From a virus: a stretch of DNA of 47,886 nt. Within the stretch, counting starts at the first letter, position 1. The number at the start of each line of letters is the position of its first letter. The stretch covers positions 1 to 47,886 of the IMG/VR virus record IMGVR_UViG_3300045988_074299, one strand, 5' to 3'. The notes beneath the pieces were generated by a model that did no database searches, was not told the DNA's origin, and saw only the letters and a list, made by a program, of their open reading frames with translations. The translations under genes and the position numbers were made by a program. Shown here in pieces: positions 9,714 to 18,068 of the stretch.

Positions 9714-10076
9714 TTACATTACCGCCCTAATCGCTTTTTTAAGCGCTCCTACCGTCTTCAGCTCTTTTGTATTGATTCCTTTGGACTCCGCAAACTTCTT
9801 AAGCTCACTCATATCCATTTCATCAATTGACTTTTCCATCTCAAGCTCTTCATCGGCTGCATCCCATTCGTCCTTTGTCTCAGATGCCTTCTTGGATTCA
9901 CCATTAACCTCAGAAGAGGCTTTTGCCTCTCCCTTGGTATTTTCCTTAGGCAACTTATGAAGCTTGCTTTTTGAAGCACCTGAGATCCTCCAGCCAACCT
10001 TTTCAAAACTGTTCTTAAATGAACCATACGAAACCTTTGCTTGCTTTCCGTCTCTTTCAATAATTACCATTGCCAT
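9714..10076 (-). CDS. Hypothetical protein with a C-terminal HeH/Rho-N-like motif
   Basis: 120 aa. C-terminus MSELKKFAESKGINTKELKTVGALKKAIRAVM. Located directly after the major capsid gene. Confidence 0.6.
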   Translation of the reverse strand: MAMVIIERDGKQAKVSYGSFKNSFEKVGWRISGASKSKLHKLPKENTKGEAKASSEVNGESKKASETKDEWDAADEELEMEKSIDEMDMSELKKFAESKGINTKELKTVGALKKAIRAVM

Positions 10077-10093
10077 GTTATACTACCTCCAAA

Positions 10094-11128
10094 TTAAGCA
10101 CCAGTAACATCAATAATACCAACCTGATCTGCTGTCTCGAATGAAGGCAAATAAATCATAGACACTTTAGTATCAACGTTAACCGGATCAGTTTTCTTTG
10201 ATGTAGTAACCGCAACGCCTGTATCTGTAATTGATACATTAGCAGCAGAACCGGCCATAAGATCTGATTGTTCTGGCGTTGTGCCGAACCATCCAGTTCC
10301 TAACTTGCCCTGCGGAAAGATAGCAAACGTGTCATCTGCAACATACTGGAACTCGTTTCCTTTCTCATCCTTCGCTTTCTTGTTGTATACTACAACATCC
10401 AGCTTTAACTCGTCCATAATGTAATCCAAAATCTTCGTATCAGATACTGGTGCTGTAGCATCACTTCCAAGAATTGCCTGACGAATCTCATTATTTTTTC
10501 TGATATAACCGAATGTCTTTCTTGAACATACAGCCCTTTCAGGTCGAACACCAGTCTCGTCTTCAATCAGATCCATAAGATCACGAATATCATCGATAAT
10601 TGTAGCCGTTGGATCAGACCATGCTTTTGTAGAATCAACCATGTGATTGCTAGGAATACCATAATCATAATCGTAATTCTGGCCATTTGCCTTAATGCTG
10701 ATCTTACCAGTTGTAAGAGCCATCATTCTCATACGCTCACGTTGTGCAGCAGCACCGTCCAAAAGATTGGTTGTATCATTAAATACCTGATTCATAATGG
10801 AATCAATATAAGCTTGATTTCCTGTCTCAAGTACCTTATTTAACTCCTGCCGAAGTTCCTCATCAATATACGTAGATTCTTTGAAAAATGGCATATCCAT
10901 GTTTAACTTATCGAATCCGATTCGATCTCTCTTCTTTGCAGCCACATCATATGCCGATGGTTTTAACACAACCGGTAACCCCTGAGACCCTTTGATCCAT
11001 TTAATGCTCAAACCTAACTTTTGCTGCGATGGAAATAACTCCTCACCAAGATAAGGTTTTCTGTTTTGAGCTTGCGACTCCCAATAAGCCGTAATTTGAT
11101 CTGACGTTACTAATTCAAAAATTGTCAT
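10094..11128 (-). CDS. Major capsid protein (capsid protein E-like family)
   Basis: 344 aa. N-terminus ITAYWESQAQNRKPYLGEELFPSQQKLGLSIKWIKGSQGLPVVLKPSAYDVAAKKRDRIGF matches the capsid-E family pattern. It follows the scaffold gene. Confidence 0.85.
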   Translation of the reverse strand: MTIFELVTSDQITAYWESQAQNRKPYLGEELFPSQQKLGLSIKWIKGSQGLPVVLKPSAYDVAAKKRDRIGFDKLNMDMPFFKESTYIDEELRQELNKVLETGNQAYIDSIMNQVFNDTTNLLDGAAAQRERMRMMALTTGKISIKANGQNYDYDYGIPSNHMVDSTKAWSDPTATIIDDIRDLMDLIEDETGVRPERAVCSRKTFGYIRKNNEIRQAILGSDATAPVSDTKILDYIMDELKLDVVVYNKKAKDEKGNEFQYVADDTFAIFPQGKLGTGWFGTTPEQSDLMAGSAANVSITDTGVAVTTSKKTDPVNVDTKVSMIYLPSFETADQVGIIDVTGA

Positions 11129-11146
11129 CTTTTTACCCCTCCTTTA

Positions 11147-11545
11147 CTACTTACAGAATGTAATCTTTACTAGCTTATCTCTAAGCTTTGTTGAATCTGT
11201 ATTTGCAGTATCAAGCAATGCAACTACATCTGTATCAAGCTTACTCTCATCAATAAAGCCAAATACAATAACACCTCCATTTGCCGTTCCTGCAGTAACA
11301 TCTACATCATGTTCTGCAATACCGACAACAGCGTCATCCTTTGCTCCTACTGTAAAAGCTTCATCTCTGCTAAGTAATGAGCCCTTAAGTGGTGTTCCTG
11401 CTTTTACGATCTTCTTACCATCTGATCCGGCTTCAACTCCCGTTGCTGCAATCATACACGGTAATGCGAAAAATAATTGAGTGTCAATAAGAATTGTCTT
11501 TCTTGCAAGACCACTCGTTTTTGCGATACCTGATTGATTTAACAT
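11147..11545 (-). CDS. Possible head decoration / capsid accessory protein
   Basis: 132 aa ORF between the scaffold and major capsid genes. Gly/Val-rich beta-type sequence. The call rests mainly on position. Confidence 0.35.
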   Translation of the reverse strand: MLNQSGIAKTSGLARKTILIDTQLFFALPCMIAATGVEAGSDGKKIVKAGTPLKGSLLSRDEAFTVGAKDDAVVGIAEHDVDVTAGTANGGVIVFGFIDESKLDTDVVALLDTANTDSTKLRDKLVKITFCK

Positions 11546-11567
11546 TTTTCAATCCTCCTTCTTAACA

Positions 11568-12308
11568 TTAACTTCTGAAATAGCTACTTTTCTTTGTAGC
11601 ACCATTTCCATTAACCTGTGCTTGACCAAGTCTTTTCCCGATTCCATCTTCATCCTTTTTAGATGATTTATGGCGAACACTTGTACCGGTGCCACCTTTT
11701 CCACCATCATCATCGTCGTCTGAACCATCGAAAAAACCCTTGTATCGTGGCTGAGTTTTCATCTCGCCAAGAACATCCTCTAATGATTTACCATCTTCAA
11801 CCTTCATCATTGCGATGGCAACAGCATCATCAACAGCATCCTTCTTTACACCTGCTTGAATAGCTGCTAACTTATTTTCTGCAGCTTCTGCTCTCTTCTC
11901 AGCATCTGACTTATCATCATTTGCCTGTTGAATCTGTGCCGCAGTTTTCTGTTCCGGAGTTAACTGTGATTCCTGATACTTTCTGAAAGCTTCCAACTGA
12001 GCTTTTGCTTCTTTCTCAGACTTAAAACCCATCTCCCGAAAAGCTGCTGCACGTCCTTGCTTTTTCTCTTTAGCCGCAGTTGCTGTCATGTCAGCTTGTG
12101 TAAACTTCTTTTCATTGTCTTTGCTGTCTTTGTCACCTTCGTCTGAATCATCGTCATGGTCGTCACCATCTGAATCATCATTGCCATCATTCTGATCATC
12201 ACCGTCATCATCACGATCCTGATCTCCACTTGATGCAAAAAACTGTAAGTTAGTTGCCATTCGTGGTAACGTGTTTTCTAACATGTTTTCAATTGTTCTG
12301 TTTTTCAT
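11568..12308 (-). CDS. Capsid scaffolding protein
   Basis: 246 aa. Asp-rich N-terminal low-complexity tract followed by coiled-coil KFTQADMTATAAKEKKQGRAAAFREMGF... Located upstream of the capsid gene. Confidence 0.7.
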   Translation of the reverse strand: MKNRTIENMLENTLPRMATNLQFFASSGDQDRDDDGDDQNDGNDDSDGDDHDDDSDEGDKDSKDNEKKFTQADMTATAAKEKKQGRAAAFREMGFKSEKEAKAQLEAFRKYQESQLTPEQKTAAQIQQANDDKSDAEKRAEAAENKLAAIQAGVKKDAVDDAVAIAMMKVEDGKSLEDVLGEMKTQPRYKGFFDGSDDDDDGGKGGTGTSVRHKSSKKDEDGIGKRLGQAQVNGNGATKKSSYFRS

Positions 12309-12365
12309 TTTTATCTCCTTTTCTTCCAGTTAATGTGTTGGTCACAAGATACTCCGCAATTGTTG

Positions 12366-12719
12366 TTAAACAAGAATATTACGCGGTATAAGATTCTTGC
12401 ATTTATCCCTAAGCTTCATTTCGTAGCTTATAAGGTCTTCTTTTAACTCGATTGCTTGTTTGATTCTTTCCTCTGTTGGAAAAATACCTCTTTGCTTTTT
12501 CTTTTGTATACTTTTGTTAATCTTAACAAGCTTCTTCCTTTTCTTCTCTACAGTGTAGTCAACTACTTCTATGAGATATGGCTTTCCACAATTTCTACAA
12601 TTAAACCAAGCAACCTCAATTACTTTGCCATCAATATTTATAACTTTACGCTTAGGTTCAATGACCGTTATTCTACAATGACAATTATCGCAAACAATAA
12701 TATTTTTATTATCATTCAT
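12366..12719 (-). CDS. Zinc-ribbon protein, paralog B
   Basis: CDNCHC...(28 aa)...CRNCG followed by a basic coiled coil. The ATG at 12719 is preceded by GAGGAGG; the track start at 12737 is less likely. Same architecture as the upstream gene. Confidence 0.6.
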   Translation of the reverse strand: MNDNKNIIVCDNCHCRITVIEPKRKVINIDGKVIEVAWFNCRNCGKPYLIEVVDYTVEKKRKKLVKINKSIQKKKQRGIFPTEERIKQAIELKEDLISYEMKLRDKCKNLIPRNILV

Positions 12720-13104
12720 TTGTATCATCCTCCTCAAATACTTCAGCAGGAATCTTGTCCTTGTATTGATTCAAAAGCATTTGCTGATATTCTGTGTTTT
12801 CTAACTTTAATTTTTCAAGTTTGTCTTTTCTCTGCTTATAAATAACCGGACATAACATATGATCTCCAGTTACTTCCATTTTTCTAACGGAATCATAAGC
12901 TGCAAAATATGAATTTCTAACTCGTTTTGCTCGATAATTCAGCATCCCTACTAATTGAATTGCTCCACATTCAGGACATTTGTAATAGATTATCGCAAAG
13001 GTGTCATTACCAATCTTTACCTTTTCTTTCTGTTTGATTTCCACAGTATCAAATAAAAACTCGCTCTTACACTCTTCACATATTACTTCAACTTTTTTAT
13101 TCAT
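12712..13104 (-). CDS. Zinc-ribbon protein, paralog A
   Basis: CEECKS...(31 aa)...CPECG followed by a basic/coiled-coil tail. RBS AAGGAGAAAAAAG upstream. Confidence 0.6.
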   Translation of the reverse strand: MNKKVEVICEECKSEFLFDTVEIKQKEKVKIGNDTFAIIYYKCPECGAIQLVGMLNYRAKRVRNSYFAAYDSVRKMEVTGDHMLCPVIYKQRKDKLEKLKLENTEYQQMLLNQYKDKIPAEVFEEDDTNE

Positions 13105-13113
13105 CTTTTTTCT

Positions 13114-13150
13114 CCTTAAAACAAGAATAAGCCGGTATTTCTACCAGCTT
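13114..13150 (-). terminator. Candidate intrinsic terminator after gene 13183..13506
   Basis: Minus-strand RNA AAGCUGG-uagaaaua-CCGGCUU (7 bp including one G-U) followed by AUUCUUGUUUUAAGG. On the plus strand the same stem carries a C-A mismatch. Confidence 0.4.
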
Positions 13151-13182
13151 GATCCTCTTAATCATTTTTTATTTTTTAATAT

Positions 13183-13506
13183 TTAATAGCACATTGCTTT
13201 TAATTCTTTAAATCTTGCATTTGCTTCATTACAATTATTAAACCAGTCATTTGATACACAAGCATCTACTACATCTTCTATTTTTACTGTATTTGGGTCT
13301 TTTGTCCAAACCTGAATTCCATATTCATTTTCCTTACCAATGCATGCATCATATTTTCTTTGAATACATCTAATTGTATATCCTGCTACTTCATAATCTT
13401 TAATTGTTTCGCTTGAATGTTCTGCATACATCTTTTGCTTGTATTGTTCTGCGGCATCCCATCTCTTATATTGTTCTTTACTATAAACTGGTTTGTTGTA
13501 TCTCAT
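13183..13506 (-). CDS. Hypothetical protein in a single-gene cassette with its own promoter and terminator
   Basis: 107 aa ORF with RBS GGAGGTAG. A sigma-A-type promoter lies 50 nt upstream and a hairpin lies downstream. It sits directly after the MuF-toxin gene. Confidence 0.65.
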   Translation of the reverse strand: MRYNKPVYSKEQYKRWDAAEQYKQKMYAEHSSETIKDYEVAGYTIRCIQRKYDACIGKENEYGIQVWTKDPNTVKIEDVVDACVSNDWFNNCNEANARFKELKAMCY

Positions 13507-13557
13507 TTTTCTACCTCCATAGATTTAATTGATTTATAATATTTAATTTATGATTAT

Positions 13558-13586
13558 ATTATATACCATATTTACGAATTTGTAAA
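13558..13586 (-). promoter_or_regulatory. Sigma-A/sigma-70-type promoter
   Basis: Minus strand TTTACA-17 nt-TATAAT in a 230-bp AT-rich intergenic region. Confidence 0.55.
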
Positions 13587-13738
13587 CACTTTTTTATGAT
13601 TTTTTTTGAATTATTTTTTCAATTGCTTAAAGAACAAAACAAACTGCTTTATTAAATTTTTATCAGCATTTTTGCTGTATTGCCATTTGCCGTTCTTTAT
13701 ATAAAAATTATCATCAAACATCCAATCTACATTTCCAC

Positions 13739-15298
13739 TTACCATTTAACATTCTCCTTTACATACTTAACAACATCTCTTGATATTTTGTTTGCATTTT
13801 CTCCATTCTTGTAAACATCTGCAAAAGCTTCTGCAAAAAATTCTTCTTTCGATGTCGTAGCATATCTGCTTATGTATTCACCAGCTATTTGATAGTCAGC
13901 CAATCCGATATCCATAGCTGTCTTCTGATATTTCGACATAAAATTATTAACTGCAAAATCAACGGCTTTGTATTGTTCATCTCCAATGTCAACACCAACT
14001 GCATGAGACAGCTCATGCGAAAAAATAGAATCTACGTCTGCATTGTTATGATAAGCTCTTATTCTTCCGCCAACTGCATTTAAGAAATCAGAATCACTTT
14101 TAAAAATATTAGGATTTACATACAACGTTGCTTTATCGTCCTTCTTGACATATGCATATGCTCCTGACATTAAATCACTAAAATCTGATTCATTCATAAC
14201 AACTTTATTTATTGGCGAACTTATTCCAAATGCCGAATTATATTTATCTTTCACTGATGTTAGTTTTGTTTTTACATAATCATTTACATTTACAAACTCT
14301 AAATTGCTCACACCTGCTGCATTTACTGTCTTTTTTAACATCTCAGGAGTATAGCCGAGTGAATAGGCAAAATCATCAATTAAACCATTCATCTTTTCAT
14401 TTCCAGTGCCATTATACCAATTGGCTAGATCATTAACAACGTCATTTGTGCTTTTTGTTTGAACTATTGTTAGGAAGCATTGACCATTTGGATGATCTAG
14501 TGGCACTTCTCCTTTTGGATATATCCCTGGACCTAATCCATATGAATCATTTTCCTCCCTTTCAATACATAATGGACAAACTCTATTGTTATGACCGGTA
14601 TTCCATTGATAAGCTTCTACCCATGGATCTTTTGCAGTTGATCTCTCAAAAGCTTCTTGGTATGCATGACTCATCATTGTTCTTGCTAATCTACTAGCAT
14701 TGTAATCAATTACTTTGTTGCTACCAGGATAATCTCTTGCCCATTTATACGTTTTTCTTGCTTCCGGATTTACGTAGGCTTCTAAATCTTTAGCGACTTC
14801 ATACACACCTTTATTTGCCGCAATACCTCTTGCTACAATATTTTGACAATCCTGCTTTATCTTTTTATTTGTACCCCAAATGGCACTACTTAACGACCAA
14901 TCGCTTTGGTATAATTGACCGGAAATTATTGTCTCAACTACATCAGTAGGAATATTGGAATATTTTCCTGTTATACCAACAAATCCTAGTTCTTTAGCTC
15001 TTCTTATTTCTTCTTCCAATACAGCTTCTGCTGTATGAGTCATTCCTGACTTTATATTTGATTCAATCCTACGATTTACCTTGCCAAGTTCATCAGCAAG
15101 TTGTTTTTGATATTCATTCAAATACTGCGTTCTAAGTATTGAGCTTATATTTGTCTTGCCTGAAAGATTTTCTATTCTTCTTGAATATTGATCAGCAATT
15201 TCCTGATACATACTTTTAATTTGTTGCAGTTGCTGATTAGTAATTGCCTTACGTGTTTGCTCAGCTTTTGCAAATCTTAAATTGTACACAATCAGCAA
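13739..15298 (-). CDS. Minor head protein (MuF/SPP1 gp7-like) fused to a C-terminal anthrax-lethal-factor-like zinc metalloprotease domain
   Basis: The N-terminal two thirds end in the MuF-type motif NRVCPLCIEREEND...LDHPNGQCF. The C-terminus has FSHELSHAVG (HExxH) and RYATTSKEEFFAEAFADVY, the same pattern as lethal factor (HEFGHAV ... EAEFFAEAF). The true start may be the GTG at 15289, 9 nt after GGAGG. Confidence 0.8.
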   Translation of the reverse strand: MLIVYNLRFAKAEQTRKAITNQQLQQIKSMYQEIADQYSRRIENLSGKTNISSILRTQYLNEYQKQLADELGKVNRRIESNIKSGMTHTAEAVLEEEIRRAKELGFVGITGKYSNIPTDVVETIISGQLYQSDWSLSSAIWGTNKKIKQDCQNIVARGIAANKGVYEVAKDLEAYVNPEARKTYKWARDYPGSNKVIDYNASRLARTMMSHAYQEAFERSTAKDPWVEAYQWNTGHNNRVCPLCIEREENDSYGLGPGIYPKGEVPLDHPNGQCFLTIVQTKSTNDVVNDLANWYNGTGNEKMNGLIDDFAYSLGYTPEMLKKTVNAAGVSNLEFVNVNDYVKTKLTSVKDKYNSAFGISSPINKVVMNESDFSDLMSGAYAYVKKDDKATLYVNPNIFKSDSDFLNAVGGRIRAYHNNADVDSIFSHELSHAVGVDIGDEQYKAVDFAVNNFMSKYQKTAMDIGLADYQIAGEYISRYATTSKEEFFAEAFADVYKNGENANKISRDVVKYVKENVKW

Positions 15299-15383
15299 CC
15301 TCCTTCAAATTCATTTATTTGCCCCTTAAATGGACTTTTACATTTTAGTCTTATATTTTATTAGCTTATTACTTAAAAATGCC

Positions 15384-16967
15384 TTATTCGTCATCCCGTG
15401 ATCCCTCAACAACATCCGGTTCATCCAATTTACTATCATCATCTTCACCATCTAATGGCTGGTCATCTCTTTCCATTGGAGGAATATTACCATATGAATT
15501 ACCAGATAGCATTTCCTGTTCTAAAGCAATTTGCTGAAGTTCAGACATCACTTCTTTATCAGTAAGTTTTCTCCATTTCTTCATGTAAGAAGACCGGCTC
15601 ATTGTTTGTGCTGTTACTTCTGCAAGATCAATATTCTTTTCATCCTGTTCATCCTCTGGTAAAGCATAATTGTTCATAACCTGAATATCTGCCTCAACAA
15701 TTGGAAGCTCCTCATTTGTATAATACGGAACAACATTTGGATATAATGAAGCGCCATCCAATATACACTTTGCAATGAATTCTGCTGCTGCTCCCCATGT
15801 TTGCATCTTCTCATCACATCTTACAATCAATGGCCAGTAAAGAGCCTTCAATGTTTTTCCTGATGTGATCACTCCTTGCAACTTGTCAGACTCAATGTTT
15901 GGAATTGATCCCAAACTATGCATCTCGTTGTCTACACGATCCAATGTAGCAGACAAAGCTGCTGAGTAGCTCATGTTCGATTCCATTTGGCCGACAGAAG
16001 CATTCAACACTTCAACACCATTGTTATCTGACTGAATGTCCCAAAATGCTCCTGGACCGATCGAAAGATTTTCTGTTGATTCTGGTGATGCATTGATAGT
16101 ATAGCGAACAGGATTCATACTCTTTCTTTCTGCATCAAAATCACTATTTACTAACTTGCTATAATACTTTTCATATTTTGCATAGTCCTCAATCTCTGAT
16201 TCTCCTCTAATGTCATTTGTAAGACCATCATTAAGAATCACTACGGCTGGAATATATTCAAACAACGTAGGTCTTGCCGGAACTAATTCTTCAAGCTGGA
16301 CACCTAAGCCATTATACATAACCTCATGTACCCAACAATGTCCATCATCTGCCATCCAATATGTTTTCTTACGTATCTTCTTTTCTACATTATCTGATGC
16401 CTCAACCTCAACAAAGAAAGCAACAATCTTAGTAAGCATATCGGCTCCGGCCATCTCGTAGTAGAACTCTAATGGGTTAAGAAAATCAACTGCAATACCA
16501 GAGTCCTCATTGAAGTTGAGAATACAAGCAACTCTTTTACCAATAAAACAATCCTTTGCCGCTTTCAATACATTCTTGTCAAAGAAGTTTTTCTTCAGGA
16601 CTTTCTGCAGGAAATTATTCAAGATTGTGTTATTTGCCTTCTGCTCATCTGTTTCATTCTGATCCTGATTAACGTAGAAATCCATCGGCGTACTGAACAT
16701 AAACCTTGCTTCTTTGTTAATCAATCCTGCTGCTTTTTTGAATCTCAATTGACTTGGAATATAATCACCATTTGTTCCGTCAGTCGTAAAGTCCATACCT
16801 TGTTTGTAGATCTGGTAAAACTTCTTTATCTTTCCGAGCTCATGGAAGAAATCTTCCCTAAGAGTGCCACTAATGTCTTCATCCAACACTGCATAAGGAA
16901 TATCTCTATACGATACGATGTCTCCATCTTCAATTGATGTTGTAATGTTTACATTAGCATCACTCAT
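15384..16967 (-). CDS. Portal protein
   Basis: 527 aa with an acidic C-terminus. It sits in the terL...portal-MuF arrangement typical of SPP1-like head modules. Confidence 0.8.
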   Translation of the reverse strand: MSDANVNITTSIEDGDIVSYRDIPYAVLDEDISGTLREDFFHELGKIKKFYQIYKQGMDFTTDGTNGDYIPSQLRFKKAAGLINKEARFMFSTPMDFYVNQDQNETDEQKANNTILNNFLQKVLKKNFFDKNVLKAAKDCFIGKRVACILNFNEDSGIAVDFLNPLEFYYEMAGADMLTKIVAFFVEVEASDNVEKKIRKKTYWMADDGHCWVHEVMYNGLGVQLEELVPARPTLFEYIPAVVILNDGLTNDIRGESEIEDYAKYEKYYSKLVNSDFDAERKSMNPVRYTINASPESTENLSIGPGAFWDIQSDNNGVEVLNASVGQMESNMSYSAALSATLDRVDNEMHSLGSIPNIESDKLQGVITSGKTLKALYWPLIVRCDEKMQTWGAAAEFIAKCILDGASLYPNVVPYYTNEELPIVEADIQVMNNYALPEDEQDEKNIDLAEVTAQTMSRSSYMKKWRKLTDKEVMSELQQIALEQEMLSGNSYGNIPPMERDDQPLDGEDDDSKLDEPDVVEGSRDDE

Positions 16968-16981
16968 CGTTTAATTCCTCC

Positions 16982-17740
16982 TTACTTCAAATATTTCTTA
17001 CTTACAAATCCAGTGTACTTACCGTACTGAACGAATAACCAAACATCTGAACCAACATTTGTATAATAGCCATGGCATGCAACACGTGTTCCTTTCGGAA
17101 TAACGGTAACAATAGGTTTCTTAGCTCCTGCACCTGTTCTAAGATTCAAATTGCTTATTGTTGCATACAAGCCATTGTACTTGGCATCCCTGTGCCTAGC
17201 CGGCTCTGTTGGATTCTTAGAAGCTGTCACAGTATTATTTGGCTTTGCTTTGACATTCTTTACTCCTTTCTTATCATCCCATGTTTCCTTGAACTTATCA
17301 GGTGTGCCGTACTTTTTCTTTAATTGTGTAGCTGTACTACCCCAATCAGGTAACTGAAAATGTGGGAGATCTTTGATTGACTTCCAATCTCCTCCCCATT
17401 CAAGACCAAGCTTCTCACCAATCGCTCCTACCTTATTGAATAACTTTGTTGCATTATTGAAAACATCATCTGATTTCTTTCCATCTTTATCGACATCCAT
17501 ATCCAAGAAAAAGTCAAAAGCAACTCTCCATTGATGCATCGATCTGTAGTCCGTTCCTTTTGCTTTTGTAACAATCGGACCAGGAACACCATTTCTACCC
17601 TTTGCATATAAAGCATTCTGCTCTGCTACTGTTCTTACACACTCACCAATCTTAATCTTAATTCCTTGCTTCTTACATTCTTGTTGAAGCTTCACTACTT
17701 TCTTTTGTAAAGTAGGATGTAATTGTGATACATTACGCAT
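16982..17740 (-). CDS. Endolysin: M15-family zinc peptidase domain plus a C-terminal SH3-like cell-wall-binding domain
   Basis: Motifs SMHQWRVAFDF (H-x6-D) and GGDWKSIKDLPHFQL. C-terminal LNLRTGAGAKKPIVTVIPKGTRVACHGYYTNVGSDVWLFVQYGKYTGFVSKKYL. It overlaps the holin gene by 8 nt. Confidence 0.85.
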   Translation of the reverse strand: MRNVSQLHPTLQKKVVKLQQECKKQGIKIKIGECVRTVAEQNALYAKGRNGVPGPIVTKAKGTDYRSMHQWRVAFDFFLDMDVDKDGKKSDDVFNNATKLFNKVGAIGEKLGLEWGGDWKSIKDLPHFQLPDWGSTATQLKKKYGTPDKFKETWDDKKGVKNVKAKPNNTVTASKNPTEPARHRDAKYNGLYATISNLNLRTGAGAKKPIVTVIPKGTRVACHGYYTNVGSDVWLFVQYGKYTGFVSKKYLK

Positions 17741-17960
17741 TTTCTTCTACCTCCGGTAAACCAGCTACACTTGTTAAGATACTTACGACACCTGAAATAA
17801 TAGCACCACTTGCCACTACTCTCCAATCAACGCTTTCGATCATTGTAGCTGCTCCAATAATACCAATAGCTGTTTGCGCCATTGTCTTAATGGCTCTTAC
17901 GGCTGCTGCCTTTACCCATTCCACTGTGTCCACATTTGGATTAAATACATTGTTCTTCAT
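17733..17960 (-). CDS. Holin (phiLC3/LL-H-like, two transmembrane segments)
   Basis: 75 aa: VEWVKAAAVRAIKTMAQTAIGIIGAATMI...VVASGAIISGVVSILTSVAGLPEVEE. Immediately upstream of the endolysin. Confidence 0.75.
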   Translation of the reverse strand: MKNNVFNPNVDTVEWVKAAAVRAIKTMAQTAIGIIGAATMIESVDWRVVASGAIISGVVSILTSVAGLPEVEENA

Positions 17961-18068
17961 TCTTTCTTTTCCTCCTTAATATACTTTTTTTAATCTACTT
18001 ATAATATCATTCCGTTGATTAGTAAACCATATTGCCCATGACAATTCAAATCCATTCCATTTGGCCAT

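Noticed and set aside
13600-13738. A 35-codon ORF (MFDDNFYIKNGKWQYSKNADKN...) after the MuF gene, resembling a single cell-wall-binding repeat
   Set aside because: It is too short and has no RBS. One degenerate repeat is not evidence of a functional domain, so the region was treated as AT-rich spacer.
17976-18068. A 30-codon ORF (MAKWNGFELSWAIWFTNQRNDIISRLKKVY) starting right after the terL stop
   Set aside because: It has no RBS other than adjacency to the terL stop, and it is very short. I could not distinguish it from chance, so it was not reported as a feature.
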